64,000 nucleotides of DNA, taken from Mobula hypostoma. Lineage: Eukaryota. How positions within the stretch are numbered: position 1 is the first letter of the stretch; each line of letters starts with the position of its first letter. The stretch is from contig NC_086108.1 in assembly GCF_963921235.1 (NCBI RefSeq), positions 75,208,001-75,272,000 on the forward strand. Reading direction: 5' to 3'. Made by a program: the position numbers and the translations under genes. A model generated the notes under the pieces. That model saw only the letters and a program-made list of their open reading frames with translations. It did not search any database and had not been told where the DNA came from. Of the stretch, positions 63,726-64,000 are shown piece after piece.

Positions 63726-63754
63726 ATTGCAAAAATTAGTGAGAACTGAGAGTT

Positions 63755-64000
63755 TAGGCTTCATAACTTCTGCCATCTCCAATGGGATTACACCACCAAA
63801 CACATCTTTCTCTCCCATCCCACTTTCCACTTTCTGTAGGGATCCCTTGTCCACTCGCCTCTCTCCACTGATCTCCCTCCTGGCACTTACTCTTGTAAGT
63901 GGAACAAGTGCCACACCTGCCCTTACACCTCCTTCCTCACTACCATTCAGGGCCCCAAATAGTCCTTCCAGGTGAGGTGACAGTTCTCCCGTGAGTCTGT
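63755..64000 (+). mobile_element. Penelope-like ORF fragment (linker and Cys-rich region before GIY-YIG), running off the window end
   Basis: Degenerate NFCHLQWDYTTKHIF...TDLPPGTYSCKWNKCHTCPYTSFLTTIQGPK*SFQVR. Confidence 0.75.

Noticed and set aside
1..64000. CRISPR arrays, prokaryotic operons or defence systems
   Set aside because: The sequence is vertebrate repeat-rich DNA with no regularly spaced repeat-spacer arrays.

Overview
This is a repeat-dense eukaryotic genomic window. It is vertebrate and most likely a cartilaginous fish such as a ray or shark; this is an inference from HE1-like SINEs and CR1/HER1-type 3' tails. No complete host gene is recognisable. The window is a mosaic of non-LTR retrotransposons (CR1, RTE, Rex1/Babar, L1, L2), Penelope-like elements (PLEs), tRNA-derived SINEs, solo LTRs and a PIF/Harbinger-type non-autonomous DNA transposon. 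Many are nested and have readable target-site duplications (TSDs). The most notable signal is about ten copies of a minimal hammerhead-ribozyme motif (consensus agtc-CTGAYGA-a-gggt-ctcg-gccc-GAAAC-GTC-gact) in PLE terminal repeats. Many of these PLEs are inserted as head-to-head fold-back units with 12-15 bp TSDs, down to a ~150-bp near-perfect hairpin. Other notable items are a chimeric CR1 insertion that captured ~530 bp of unique-looking DNA, an insertion with a locally templated inverted 46-bp patch, a young near-intact RTE, and a few candidate plus-strand host exons. All family calls are by eye; no database search was run.
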